In this document: in pieces, positions 22,122 through 34,557 of the stretch
Layout of the letters: every line of letters starts with the position of its first letter
Numbering within the stretch: the first letter of the stretch is position 1
Assembly: GCF_003334815.1 (NCBI RefSeq)
Contig: NZ_QOWO01000025.1
Origin: Escherichia coli
GTDB lineage: Bacteria > Pseudomonadota > Gammaproteobacteria > Enterobacterales > Enterobacteriaceae
Direction: 5' to 3' (one strand)
Length of the DNA stretch: 64,000 nt
Position numbers and translations under genes: made by a program
Notes under the pieces: generated by a model
What the model saw: only the letters and a program-made list of their open reading frames with translations
Told to the model about the DNA's origin: nothing
Databases searched by the model: none

Positions 22122-23786
22122 TTACTCGCCTACTTTCGCCCAGGTATCACGCAGCCCAACGGTGCGGTTAAATACCGGTTTTTCCGCCGTAGAATGGCGG
22201 CTATCGAGGCAGAAGTAACCTTCACGCTCAAACTGGAATGCTTTACCCGCAACCGCATCTTTCAGCGACGGTTCAGCAAAGCCCTGTTTGATCACCAGCG
22301 ATTCCGGGTTAATCACCGACAGGAAATCATCCGCAGCACCTGGGTTAGGCACGCTGAACAGACGGTCATACAAACGGATTTCAACCGGCAGCGCATGTGC
22401 CGCGCTCACCCAGTGAATAACACCTTTGACTTTACGACCATCTGCCGGATCTTTGCTTAAGGTATCGGCGTCATAAGTACAGAAGATGGTGGTGATATTA
22501 CCTTCGGCATCTTTCTCGACGCGTTCTGCCTTAATCACATAAGCATTACGCAGACGCACTTCTTTACCCAGCACCAGACGTTTGTACTGCTTGTTAGCTT
22601 CTTCGCGGAAATCGGCGCGATCAATCCAAATCTCACCGCTAAACGGCACCTGACGGCTGCCCATTTCCGGTTTGTTCGGATGGTTCGGCATGGTAACCAT
22701 TTCGCCTTCGCCCTGATAGTTTTCGATAACCAGTTTCACCGGATCGATAACCGCCATTGCGCGCGGCGCATTTTCGTTGAGATCTTCACGGATGCAGGAT
22801 TCCAGCGACGCCATCTCAATGGTGTTGTCCTGCTTGGTCACGCCGATGCGTTTGCAGAACTCACGAATAGAAGCCGCAGTGTAACCACGACGACGCAGAC
22901 CGGAAATGGTCGGCATACGCGGGTCATCCCAGCCTTCAACGTGCTTGTCGGTCACCAGCAGGTTCAACTTACGCTTGGACATCACGGTGTATTCCAGATT
23001 CAGGCGCGAGAACTCATACTGGCGCGGGTGAACAGGAATCGTGATGTTGTCCAGTACCCAGTCGTACAGACGACGGTTGTCCTGGAACTCAAGCGTACAC
23101 AGAGAGTGCGTAATACCTTCCAGGGCATCGCTGATGCAGTGGGTGAAGTCGTACATCGGGTAGATGCACCACTTGTTGCCAGTCTGGTGGTGTTCAGCAA
23201 ATTTAATACGGTACAGCACCGGATCGCGCATCACGATAAACGGTGAAGCCATGTCGATTTTCGCACGCAGGCAGGCTTTACCTTCTTCAAAACCACCGGC
23301 ACGCATTTTTTCGAACAGCGCCAGGTTCTCTTCAACGCTGCGGTCGCGGTACGGGCTGTTTTTACCCGGTTGCGTCAGGGTGCCGCGGTATTCGCGGATC
23401 TGTTCCGGCGTCAGTTCATCAACGTACGCCAGGCCTTTATTGATCAGTTCGATCGCATAGGCGTGGAGCTGATCAAAATAATCGGAGGAGTAACGGACGT
23501 TACCAGACCAGTGAAAACCTAACCACTCTACGTCGTTTTTGATCGACTCAACATACTCGATATCTTCTTTTACCGGGTTAGTGTCGTCGAAACGCAGGTT
23601 GCACTGGCCTTTATAGTCCTGGGCGATCCCGAAGTTCAGGCAGATAGATTTCGCATGGCCAATATGCAGATAGCCATTCGGCTCCGGCGGGAAACGGGTG
23701 TGTACTGTGGTGTGCTTACCACTGGCCAGATCTTCATCGATGATCTGACGGATAAAGTTAGTCGGGCGGGCTTCTGCCTCACTCAT
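22122..23786 (-). CDS. glnS: Glutaminyl-tRNA synthetase
   Basis: 554-aa [23 protein letters not shown]...; HIGH (HIGHAKS) and VMSKR motifs. Confidence 0.95.
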
Positions 23787-23988
23787 CGTGGATTCCTCAA
23801 AGCGTAAACAACGTATAACGGCGTATGATCTTATAAGCGGGACAGGCTGACAACTGTTAGTTTTTTAAAATTGATAATCTAACAAGGATTATGGGGATGA
23901 TTGATGAAAAAAAAAGCGGCAGAGAAGATCTCCACCGCTTGTCATTGTTGGATGCGACGCTCAAGCGTCGCATCAGGCATAAAGCAGA

Positions 23989-25935
23989 TTACTTTTTGAT
24001 TTCATACAGCGGTGTTTGACCCGCCACAACATGGCCCTGAGCTTTAATGATCAAGCCACTGAAATCGTCGATATTGCTGCAAACCACCGGGCTAATCATC
24101 GAGCGGGCGTTAGCGTTCAGGTAATCCAGATCCATTTCCAGAATCGGTTGCCCTGCGCTTACCTGCGCACCCTCTTCCACCAGACGTTTAAAGCCTTTAC
24201 CTTCCAGCGCTACGGTGTCGATACCCATATGGACGACGATCTCCGCGCCTTTTTCGGTTTCCAGGCAGAACGCGTGGTTGGTGTTGAAGATTTTCACGAT
24301 TGTCCCTGCGGCTGGTGATACGACGATTTTATCTGTCGGTTTCACCGCCACACCGTCACCCACCGCTTTGCTGGCGAATGCTTCGTCAGGAACCTGATCC
24401 AGTGCCACGACATCACCGGTAATCGGCGATACCAGCTCCGCGATAGATACCGCGTTTGGTACAGCCTGCGGTTTTGCTACAGGCGCGGCAGTTGCCGGAG
24501 TTGCTTCAGCTGACGCAGCGGCTACCGGACCACGGGCAACGACTTTCTTCATCGCATCGCCGATGGATTCTGCTTTCGCGCCAACAATCACCTGAATAGT
24601 CTGTTTGTTCAGTTTCACTACCCCAGAAGCACCCAGACGTTTACACATCGTATCGTTAACGCGGGCAGAGTCAGCCACTGTAAGGCGCAGACGGGTGATA
24701 CAGGCGTCAATCGCTTTCAGGTTGTCAGTGCCGCCAACCGCAGCAATATAGTTGGTTGCCAGTTGAGTCAGACCTTCTTCAGTGTTGCTGTTGGCTTCTT
24801 CAGTAACGATCTCGTCTTCTTTATCTTCACGACCCGGCGTTTTCAGGTTGAACATGCGGATAACCAAACTGAACACCACGAAGTAGATAGCGAAGAAGAT
24901 AACGCCCATCACCAGCAGCATCCAGACGTTCTGGCTGGCGGCCGGCAGGTTATACATCAACGCGTAGTCGATAGCCCCCGCAGAGAAAGAGAAGCCCGCG
25001 TGGATACCCAGCAGCGTTGCCACAAACAGGCTGATACCGGTCAGCAGTGCGTGCAGGAGGTACAGCAGCGGAGCAAGGAACATGAACAGGAATTCCAGCG
25101 GCTCAGTCACACCGGTCAGGAACGCAGTAACAGCAACAGAAAGCAGCATACCGCCAACCATCGGACGACGCTCTTTCGGTGCTGCGAAGTACATCGCCAG
25201 CGCCGCACCCGGCAGACCGAACATCATGATCGGGAAGAAGCCGGACATGAACATCCCCGCGGTGCCGTCACCGGCATAGAAGCGGTTAATGTCACCGTGG
25301 AAAACCGTACCCGCCGCGTTGGTGAATTCACCAATCTGGAACCAGGCGATGGTGTTCAGTACCTGATGCAGACCGGTTGGGATCAGCAGACGGTTGATGA
25401 AACCAAAGATACCGGAACCCAGCGCGCCCGCAGAAACGATCCACTCGCCGCCTGCATGGATAGCGTGCTGTACCGGCGGCCAGACGTAACCAAAAATGGC
25501 CGCCAGCACCAGGCAGAAGAATCCGGTGGCAATCGGCACAAAGCGTTTGCCGCCGAAGAAGCTCAGGAAGTCCGGCAGTTTAATATCGGACCAACGGTTA
25601 TAGGCTGCGCCACCAACCAGACCGGTAATGATACCCGCCAGTACACCCATGTTAATTTCTGGGTTGATGGTCACCATCGCTTTGGTTAACACAAAGTAAC
25701 CTACCGCACCCGCCAGCGCCGCCGCACCAGCGCTGTCTTTCGACCAGCTGGATGCCACACCGATGGCGAAGATTAATGCGAGGTTATCAAAAATCGCACC
25801 GCCCGCCTGGGCAATAAACGCAACGTTAAGTAAATCTGGCTGACCGAATCGCAGCAACAGTGCCGCCACCGGCAGCACCGCGATAGGGAGCTGTAACGCC
25901 CTACCGAGTCGCTGGAAAAAACCTAAAATATTCAT
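23989..25935 (-). CDS. nagE: PTS N-acetylglucosamine-specific EIICBA component
   Basis: 648-aa ORF MNILGFFQRLGRALQLPIAV...; EIIC membrane domain plus EIIB/EIIA. Confidence 0.95.
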   Translation of the reverse strand: MNILGFFQRLGRALQLPIAVLPVAALLLRFGQPDLLNVAFIAQAGGAIFDNLALIFAIGVASSWSKDSAGAAALAGAVGYFVLTKAMVTINPEINMGVLAGIITGLVGGAAYNRWSDIKLPDFLSFFGGKRFVPIATGFFCLVLAAIFGYVWPPVQHAIHAGGEWIVSAGALGSGIFGFINRLLIPTGLHQVLNTIAWFQIGEFTNAAGTVFHGDINRFYAGDGTAGMFMSGFFPIMMFGLPGAALAMYFAAPKERRPMVGGMLLSVAVTAFLTGVTEPLEFLFMFLAPLLYLLHALLTGISLFVATLLGIHAGFSFSAGAIDYALMYNLPAASQNVWMLLVMGVIFFAIYFVVFSLVIRMFNLKTPGREDKEDEIVTEEANSNTEEGLTQLATNYIAAVGGTDNLKAIDACITRLRLTVADSARVNDTMCKRLGASGVVKLNKQTIQVIVGAKAESIGDAMKKVVARGPVAAASAEATPATAAPVAKPQAVPNAVSIAELVSPITGDVVALDQVPDEAFASKAVGDGVAVKPTDKIVVSPAAGTIVKIFNTNHAFCLETEKGAEIVVHMGIDTVALEGKGFKRLVEEGAQVSAGQPILEMDLDYLNANARSMISPVVCSNIDDFSGLIIKAQGHVVAGQTPLYEIKK

Positions 25936-26058
25936 CTTATTCCCCCTACGAGAACCCTATTTGGCTCGTTTCAAGCCGTATTTTTATTTTGCTGCAAATT
26001 GTACTGCCGATGTTCTGTAATCAGATTGTTAGATCATCTGCTACAGAGTGTGTGAAAA

Positions 26059-26080
26059 TTTAATTCGTATCGCAAATTAA
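26059..26080. promoter_or_regulatory. Candidate NagC operator (palindrome)
   Basis: Near-perfect palindrome ttTAATTcgtatcgcAAATTAa in the nagE-nagB divergent region. Confidence 0.55.
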
Positions 26081-26092
26081 ACGCGTGTCTTT

Positions 26093-26108
26093 TGTGAGTT
26101 TTGTCACC
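26093..26108. promoter_or_regulatory. Candidate CRP-binding site
   Basis: TGTGAgttttgTCACC matches the CRP consensus TGTGA-N6-TCACA. Confidence 0.55.
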
Positions 26109-26267
26109 AAATATCGTTATCATCACTCCCTTTTACTGGCTAAACCAGAAAACTTATTTTATCATTCAAAAAATCAGGTCGGATTGACGCCTGTCTGCGC
26201 AAATCCAGGTTACGCTTAAAGATGCCTAATCCGCCAACGGCTTACATTTTACTTATTGAGGTGAATA

Positions 26268-28276
<2,009 letters not shown>

Positions 28277-28284
28277 GAGAAAGT

Positions 28285-29505
28285 ATGACACCAGGCGGAC
28301 AAGCTCAGATAGGTAATGTTGATCTCGTAAAACAGCTTAACAGCGCGGCGGTTTATCGCCTGATTGACCAGTACGGGCCAATCTCGCGGATTCAGATTGC
28401 CGAGCAAAGCCAGCTTGCCCCCGCCAGCGTAACCAAAATTACGCGTCAGCTTATCGAACGCGGGCTGATCAAAGAAGTTGATCAGCAGGCCTCCACCGGG
28501 GGCCGCCGCGCTATCTCCATCGTCACCGAAACCCGCAATTTCCACGCAATCGGCGTACGGCTTGGTCGTCATGACGCCACCATCACTCTGTTTGATCTCA
28601 GCAGCAAAGTGCTGGCAGAAGAACATTACCCGCTGCCGGAACGTACCCAGCAAACGCTGGAACATGCCCTGTTGAATGCCATTGCTCAGTTTATTGATAG
28701 CTACCAGCGCAAACTGCGCGAGCTGATCGCGATTTCGGTGATCCTGCCAGGGCTTGTTGACCCGGACAGCGGCAAAATTCATTACATGCCGCATATTCAG
28801 GTAGAAAACTGGGGGCTGGTAGAAGCTCTGGAAGAACGTTTTAAAGTGACCTGTTTCGTTGGTCACGATATCCGTAGTCTGGCGCTGGCGGAGCACTACT
28901 TCGGTGCAAGTCAGGATTGCGAAGACTCCATTCTGGTGCGTGTCCATCGCGGAACCGGGGCCGGGATTATCTCTAACGGGCGCATTTTTATTGGCCGCAA
29001 CGGCAACGTCGGTGAAATTGGCCATATTCAGGTCGAACCGCTGGGTGAACGCTGCCACTGCGGCAACTTTGGCTGCCTGGAAACTATCGCTGCCAACGCT
29101 GCCATTGAACAACGGGTGTTGAATCTGTTAAAGCAGGGCTACCAGAGCCGCGTGCCGCTGGACGACTGCACCATCAAAACTATCTGCAAAGCCGCGAACA
29201 AAGGCGATAGTCTGGCGTCGGAAGTAATTGAGTATGTCGGTCGTCATCTGGGTAAAACCATCGCCATTGCTATCAACTTATTTAATCCGCAAAAAATTGT
29301 TATTGCCGGTGAAATCACCGAAGCCGATAAAGTGCTGCTCCCTGCTATTGAAAGCTGCATTAATACCCAGGCGCTGAAGGCGTTTCGCACTAATCTGCCG
29401 GTGGTACGTTCTGAGCTGGATCACCGCTCGGCAATCGGCGCTTTTGCGCTGGTAAAACGCGCCATGCTCAACGGTATTTTGCTCCAGCATTTGCTGGAAA
29501 ATTAA
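28285..29505 (+). CDS. nagC: ROK-family transcriptional repressor NagC
   Basis: 406-aa ORF MTPGGQAQIGNVDLVKQLN...; N-terminal HTH plus ROK Zn site (HCGNFGC). Confidence 0.95.
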   Translation: MTPGGQAQIGNVDLVKQLNSAAVYRLIDQYGPISRIQIAEQSQLAPASVTKITRQLIERGLIKEVDQQASTGGRRAISIVTETRNFHAIGVRLGRHDATITLFDLSSKVLAEEHYPLPERTQQTLEHALLNAIAQFIDSYQRKLRELIAISVILPGLVDPDSGKIHYMPHIQVENWGLVEALEERFKVTCFVGHDIRSLALAEHYFGASQDCEDSILVRVHRGTGAGIISNGRIFIGRNGNVGEIGHIQVEPLGERCHCGNFGCLETIAANAAIEQRVLNLLKQGYQSRVPLDDCTIKTICKAANKGDSLASEVIEYVGRHLGKTIAIAINLFNPQKIVIAGEITEADKVLLPAIESCINTQALKAFRTNLPVVRSELDHRSAIGAFALVKRAMLNGILLQHLLEN

Positions 29506-29552
29506 TGTGCTTTTATAGTGGCGCTTATTGTTGTCAATATTCTGGGTAGTCC

Positions 29553-30305
29553 ATGACCATTAAAAATGTAATTTGCGATATCGACGGCGTGCTGATGCAC
29601 GATAACGTCGCCGTACCGGGTGCAGCGGAATTTTTGCACGGGATTATGGATAAAGGCCTGCCGCTGGTGTTGCTGACCAACTATCCTTCGCAGACTGGGC
29701 AAGATCTGGCGAACCGCTTTGCCACCGCAGGTGTCGATGTACCTGACAGCGTGTTTTATACCTCTGCGATGGCGACTGCCGATTTCCTGCGTCGCCAGGA
29801 AGGCAAGAAAGCGTATGTGGTGGGCGAAGGCGCACTGATTCATGAACTGTACAAAGCCGGTTTCACTATTACCGATGTGAACCCTGATTTCGTGATTGTT
29901 GGCGAAACGCGTTCCTACAACTGGGACATGATGCATAAAGCAGCCTATTTCGTCGCTAACGGTGCACGTTTTATCGCCACCAATCCGGACACCCACGGGC
30001 GCGGTTTTTATCCCGCTTGTGGCGCGTTGTGTGCAGGGATTGAGAAAATCTCCGGGCGCAAACCGTTCTATGTTGGTAAGCCCAGCCCGTGGATCATCCG
30101 CGCAGCATTAAACAAAATGCAGGCGCATTCGGAAGAAACGGTGATTGTCGGCGATAACCTGCGTACCGATATTCTGGCCGGCTTCCAGGCAGGTCTGGAG
30201 ACGATTCTGGTGCTTTCTGGTGTTTCGTCGCTCGACGATATCGACAGTATGCCTTTCCGCCCCAGCTGGATTTACCCGTCAGTCGCTGAAATCGACGTTA
30301 TCTGA
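29553..30305 (+). CDS. umpH: UMP phosphatase (HAD family), NagD
   Basis: 250-aa ORF with HAD motif I DIDGV. Confidence 0.9.
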   Translation: MTIKNVICDIDGVLMHDNVAVPGAAEFLHGIMDKGLPLVLLTNYPSQTGQDLANRFATAGVDVPDSVFYTSAMATADFLRRQEGKKAYVVGEGALIHELYKAGFTITDVNPDFVIVGETRSYNWDMMHKAAYFVANGARFIATNPDTHGRGFYPACGALCAGIEKISGRKPFYVGKPSPWIIRAALNKMQAHSEETVIVGDNLRTDILAGFQAGLETILVLSGVSSLDDIDSMPFRPSWIYPSVAEIDVI

Positions 30306-30307
30306 AT

Positions 30308-30336
30308 AGCAACCACGTCTGCGGACGTGGTTGGCT
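30308..30336 (+). terminator. Rho-independent terminator after nagD
   Basis: Hairpin aaccacgtc(tgcgg)acgtggtt. Confidence 0.5.
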
Positions 30337-30356
30337 CTGATGACAAACGCCAAACT

Positions 30357-30458
30357 GCCTGATGCGCTACGCTTATCAGGCCTACGCAGCTCCTGCAATA
30401 TATTGAATTTTCATGCTTTTGTAGGCCGGATAAGGCGTTCACGCCGCATCCGGCATGA
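30357..30458. repeat. REP/BIME elements
   Basis: gcctgatgcgctacgcttatcaggcctac ... gtaggccggataaggcgttcacgccgcatccggc. Confidence 0.85.
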
Positions 30459-30701
30459 ACAAATCGCACTTTGTCAGCAATTTGGCCCCCGTAAAATATA
30501 AACATTCAATAAAACCCGCTAAAAATTATCGATTCATCAATAAATATATCCTCACACCAGACCTTTTTTCACCAATCGACAATCACCATTACGTTTTTTA
30601 TTTTTTCACCGCCAAATCGCTTGCGCACAGTGCTGCTTTGCGGCATTTTTTTAAACAAGCAAACACAACAAGCAACAAATACCAGGTTAACGGAGAAGGT
30701 T

Positions 30702-32366
30702 ATGTGTTCAATTTTTGGCGTATTCGATATCAAAACAGACGCAGTTGAGCTGCGTAAGAAAGCCCTCGAGCTGTCACGCCTGATGCGTCATCGTGGCCCG
30801 GACTGGTCCGGTATTTATGCCAGCGATAACGCCATTCTCGCCCACGAACGTCTGTCAATTGTTGACGTTAACGCGGGGGCGCAACCTCTCTACAACCAAC
30901 AAAAAACCCACGTACTGGCGGTAAACGGTGAAATCTACAACCACCAGGCATTGCGCGCCGAATATGGCGATCGTTACCAGTTCCAGACCGGGTCTGACTG
31001 TGAAGTGATCCTCGCGCTGTATCAGGAAAAAGGGCCGGAATTTCTCGACGACTTGCAGGGCATGTTTGCCTTTGCACTGTACGACAGCGAAAAAGATGCC
31101 TACCTGATTGGTCGCGACCATCTGGGGATCATCCCACTGTATATGGGGTATGACGAACACGGTCAGCTGTATGTGGCCTCAGAAATGAAAGCGCTGGTGC
31201 CAGTTTGCCGCACGATTAAAGAGTTCCCGGCGGGGAGCTATTTGTGGAGCCAGGACGGCGAAATCCGTTCTTACTATCATCGCGACTGGTTCGACTACGA
31301 TGCGGTGAAAGATAACGTGACCGACAAAAACGAGCTGCGTCAGGCACTGGAAGATTCAGTTAAAAGCCATCTGATGTCTGATGTGCCTTACGGTGTGCTG
31401 CTTTCTGGTGGTCTGGATTCCTCAATTATTTCCGCTATCACCAAGAAATACGCAGCCCGTCGCGTGGAAGATCAGGAACGCTCTGAAGCCTGGTGGCCGC
31501 AGTTACACTCCTTTGCTGTAGGTCTGCCGGGTTCACCGGATCTGAAAGCAGCCCAGGAAGTGGCAAACCATCTGGGCACGGTGCATCACGAAATTCACTT
31601 CACTGTACAGGAAGGTCTGGATGCCATCCGCGACGTGATTTACCACATCGAAACTTATGATGTGACCACTATTCGCGCTTCAACACCGATGTATTTAATG
31701 TCGCGTAAGATCAAGGCGATGGGCATTAAAATGGTGCTGTCCGGTGAAGGTTCTGATGAAGTGTTCGGCGGTTATCTTTACTTCCACAAAGCACCGAATG
31801 CCAAAGAACTGCATGAAGAGACGGTGCGTAAACTGCTGGCCCTGCATATGTATGACTGCGCGCGTGCCAACAAAGCGATGTCAGCCTGGGGCGTGGAAGC
31901 ACGCGTTCCGTTCCTCGACAAAAAATTCCTTGATGTGGCGATGCGTATTAACCCACAGGATAAAATGTGCGGTAACGGCAAAATGGAAAAACACATCCTG
32001 CGTGAATGTTTTGAAGCGTATCTGCCTGCAAGCGTGGCCTGGCGGCAGAAAGAGCAGTTCTCCGATGGCGTCGGTTACAGTTGGATCGACACCCTGAAAG
32101 AAGTGGCTGCGCAGCAGGTTTCTGATCAGCAACTGGAAACTGCCCGCTTCCGCTTCCCGTACAACACGCCAACCTCTAAAGAAGCGTACTTGTATCGGGA
32201 GATCTTTGAAGAACTATTCCCGCTTCCGAGCGCCGCTGAGTGCGTGCCGGGCGGTCCTTCCGTCGCTTGTTCTTCCGCTAAAGCGATCGAATGGGATGAA
32301 GCGTTCAAGAAAATGGACGATCCGTCTGGTCGCGCGGTTGGTGTTCACCAGTCGGCGTATAAGTAA
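30702..32366 (+). CDS. asnB: Asparagine synthetase B (glutamine-hydrolysing)
   Basis: 554-aa product starting MCSIFGVFDIK (N-terminal Cys nucleophile); six-frame ORF trimmed by 27 codons. Confidence 0.95.
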   Translation: MCSIFGVFDIKTDAVELRKKALELSRLMRHRGPDWSGIYASDNAILAHERLSIVDVNAGAQPLYNQQKTHVLAVNGEIYNHQALRAEYGDRYQFQTGSDCEVILALYQEKGPEFLDDLQGMFAFALYDSEKDAYLIGRDHLGIIPLYMGYDEHGQLYVASEMKALVPVCRTIKEFPAGSYLWSQDGEIRSYYHRDWFDYDAVKDNVTDKNELRQALEDSVKSHLMSDVPYGVLLSGGLDSSIISAITKKYAARRVEDQERSEAWWPQLHSFAVGLPGSPDLKAAQEVANHLGTVHHEIHFTVQEGLDAIRDVIYHIETYDVTTIRASTPMYLMSRKIKAMGIKMVLSGEGSDEVFGGYLYFHKAPNAKELHEETVRKLLALHMYDCARANKAMSAWGVEARVPFLDKKFLDVAMRINPQDKMCGNGKMEKHILRECFEAYLPASVAWRQKEQFSDGVGYSWIDTLKEVAAQQVSDQQLETARFRFPYNTPTSKEAYLYREIFEELFPLPSAAECVPGGPSVACSSAKAIEWDEAFKKMDDPSGRAVGVHQSAYK

Positions 32367-32378
32367 GAAATGCGAAAC

Positions 32379-32406
32379 AGCCCCGGTGAAATCCGGGGCT
32401 GTTTCA
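32379..32406 (+). terminator. Rho-independent terminator after asnB
   Basis: Hairpin cagccccgg(tgaaat)ccggggctg plus T-run. Confidence 0.6.
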
Positions 32407-32676
32407 GTTATTGAGGTGCTTGTTGATTCTGATATGCAGTAAGGAAATGTTCCGGGTTTGCCACATCACTGTTTGACAACTCATCACTGTAGGCCAGTAT
32501 TTCATAGATTAATTTCCCACCACTATTGTTAAATTCCGAATTTCATCCTGTATGACAAAAGAATGGCTGTAGGGTGGGAAAAAACACAAAGTAAACAATA
32601 ATTGACGAATATAGCGCCACGCTGTTCGCAACCTAACCAAACAGTCACTTTCGAGCAATTTTCCTTGAAAAAGAGG

Positions 32677-32712
32677 TTGACGCTGCAAGGCTCTATACGC
32701 ATAATGCGCCCC
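32677..32712 (+). promoter_or_regulatory. tRNA operon promoter with GC-rich discriminator
   Basis: -35 TTGACG, 17-nt spacer, -10 cATAAT, then GCGCCCCGC discriminator typical of stringently controlled stable-RNA promoters. Confidence 0.5.
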
Positions 32713-32745
32713 GCAACGCCGATAAGGTATCGCGAAAAAAAAGAT

Positions 32746-32822
32746 GGCTACGTAGCTCAGTTGGTTAGAGCACATCACTCATAATGATGGGGTCACAGGT
32801 TCGAATCCCGTCGTAGCCACCA
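32746..32822 (+). tRNA. metT: tRNA-Met (elongator, anticodon CAU)
   Basis: 77-nt cloverleaf ggctacgtagctcag...gtagccacca with CAT in the anticodon loop and encoded CCA. Confidence 0.9.
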
Positions 32823-32831
32823 TCTTTTTTT

Positions 32832-32916
32832 GCGGGAGTGGCGAAATTGGTAGACGCACCAGATTTAGGTTCTGGCGCCGCAAGGTGTGCGAGTTCAAGT
32901 CTCGCCTCCCGCACCA
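32832..32916 (+). tRNA. leuW: tRNA-Leu (anticodon UAG)
   Basis: 85-nt class II tRNA gcgggagtggcgaaattggtag...cccgcacca, long variable arm. Confidence 0.9.
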
Positions 32917-32939
32917 TTCACCAGAAAGCGTTGTACGGA

Positions 32940-33014
32940 TGGGGTATCGCCAAGCGGTAAGGCACCGGTTTTTGATACCGGCATTCCCTGGTTCGAATCC
33001 AGGTACCCCAGCCA
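32940..33014 (+). tRNA. glnU: tRNA-Gln (anticodon UUG)
   Basis: 75-nt tggggtatcgccaagcggtaagg...ccccagcca; anticodon loop ttTTGat. Confidence 0.9.
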
Positions 33015-33029
33015 TCGAAGAAACAATCT

Positions 33030-33106
33030 GGCTACGTAGCTCAGTTGGTTAGAGCACATCACTCATAATGATGGGGTCACAGGTTCGAATCCCGTCGTAG
33101 CCACCA
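33030..33106 (+). tRNA. metU: tRNA-Met (elongator, anticodon CAU), second copy
   Basis: Identical 77-nt sequence to 32746-32822. Confidence 0.9.
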
Positions 33107-33153
33107 AATTCTGAATGTGTCGAATATGTTCGGCAAATTCAAAACCAATTTGT

Positions 33154-33228
33154 TGGGGTATCGCCAAGCGGTAAGGCACCGGATTCTGATTCCGGCATTC
33201 CGAGGTTCGAATCCTCGTACCCCAGCCA
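33154..33228 (+). tRNA. glnV: tRNA-Gln (anticodon CUG)
   Basis: 75-nt tggggtatcgccaagcggtaagg...ccccagcca; anticodon loop ttCTGat. Confidence 0.9.
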
Positions 33229-33232
33229 CATT

Positions 33233-33262
33233 AAAAAAGCTCGCTTCGGCGAGCTTTTTGCT
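33233..33262 (+). terminator. Rho-independent terminator of tRNA operon
   Basis: Hairpin agctcgc(ttcg)gcgagct followed by ttttt. Confidence 0.7.
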
Positions 33263-33269
33263 TTTCTGC

Positions 33270-33380
33270 GTTCATTCAATGTCGAATGCGATGTTGACAC
33301 GTCTTATCCTTCAATGTCGGATGCGACGCTGCCGCGTCTTATCCGACCTACGGTTGGCACGCATCCGGCAATGTTGTAAG
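33270..33380. repeat. REP-like palindromic units
   Basis: Repeated gtcgaatgcgatgttgacacgtcttatcc / gtcggatgcgacgctgccgcgtcttatccgacctac / gcatccggca motifs. Confidence 0.7.
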
Positions 33381-33381
33381 G

Positions 33382-34557
33382 CTACAACCCTAACGCATAT
33401 TTCAGCGCCTGACGTTTCAACACGCCAGCACGCTCCGCCGCCATTAACCCGAGATTACGCATAAAACGCAGTGGTGGCAGATTATTGCTGAATCCGGCAT
33501 AAAACAGATCCATACCGCTTTGCATAATGAAGTTATCCGCCATGCGCCGCATCTGGTAACGCTTGAGGACAGGATAACTGGCCCACGCTTCGCCGTAGCT
33601 GCGGGCGTTGACCAGAACATCAATCAGGGCATCGACATCACGATAACCAAGATTCACTCCCTGCCCCGCCAGCGGATGGATGGTATGCGCGGCATCGCCC
33701 ACCAGCGCAAGCCCTGGCTGCACGTACTGCAACGCATGGCGACGCGTCAGCGGAAACGCACCAGCGGCAAGCGGTGTAACGTAACCCAGACGCGACGGGA
33801 AATGCTTCGCGATTTCCGCCTGGAGCTGTGCCATATTCATATTCTGCAACTGGCGAATACGCGCCGGAGAGTCATACCACACCAGCGATGCCCAGTTATC
33901 AAACAACGGCAGAAACGCACGCGGTCCGTCCGGAGTAAATTGCTGCCAGGTGCTGTCGCCGGGATCGTTCTCGCACTGGACGCTAATCAACATGCACGAC
34001 TGCGCATACTGCCATGCATGAACGCCAATTCCCGCCATCTGCCGCACCTGCGAATTTGCGCCGTCGGCACCAATCACCAGCTTCGCGCGAATCACTTCAC
34101 CGCCTTTCAGCTCCAGCTCCTGAAGATCATCATGGCGATGCAGCGCAATCAGCGAGCCTGGCACACGTAACGTTACTTTCGGATGCGCTTCCAGCGCCTG
34201 CCACAACGCCTGTTGCAGGACAGTGTTTTCCACCATATAGCCAAGCAGCGGTAGCTTAAGTTCAGCGGCGTCAAACACCACATGCGCCGTTTCCCACTCC
34301 CACGTTTCCAGTCTGCGGTAAGGATGGCAACGCATAGCCTGTACTGCATCCCAGACCCCTAACCCTTTAAGCAATGATACCGAAGCCGCGCTGATCGCCG
34401 AGATCCGCACGTCCGGTTGGCTATCAGCGACAAACGGCGCTGGTTCTGCGTGCTCGATCACCGTTACCGCAAATCCGTGCTGTGCCAGCCCCAGCGCCAG
34501 TGCGCCGCCGACCATTCCTCCGCCGACAATGGCAATTTCCGTTGGTTGATTTGTCAT
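33382..34557 (-). CDS. ubiF: Ubiquinone biosynthesis FAD-dependent hydroxylase UbiF
   Basis: 391-aa product starting MTNQPTEIAIVGGGMVGG (FAD GxGxxG); six-frame ORF begins two codons upstream (MTMTNQ), so the start is ambiguous by 6 nt. Confidence 0.9.
   Translation of the reverse strand: MTNQPTEIAIVGGGMVGGALALGLAQHGFAVTVIEHAEPAPFVADSQPDVRISAISAASVSLLKGLGVWDAVQAMRCHPYRRLETWEWETAHVVFDAAELKLPLLGYMVENTVLQQALWQALEAHPKVTLRVPGSLIALHRHDDLQELELKGGEVIRAKLVIGADGANSQVRQMAGIGVHAWQYAQSCMLISVQCENDPGDSTWQQFTPDGPRAFLPLFDNWASLVWYDSPARIRQLQNMNMAQLQAEIAKHFPSRLGYVTPLAAGAFPLTRRHALQYVQPGLALVGDAAHTIHPLAGQGVNLGYRDVDALIDVLVNARSYGEAWASYPVLKRYQMRRMADNFIMQSGMDLFYAGFSNNLPPLRFMRNLGLMAAERAGVLKRQALKYALGL

Noticed and set aside
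24763-25689. 308-aa ORF on the plus strand inside nagE
   Set aside because: Entirely antisense to a well-supported gene; the His/Arg/Gln-rich low-complexity translation is typical of the reverse frame of GC-rich coding DNA; no ribosome-binding site or recognisable domain.
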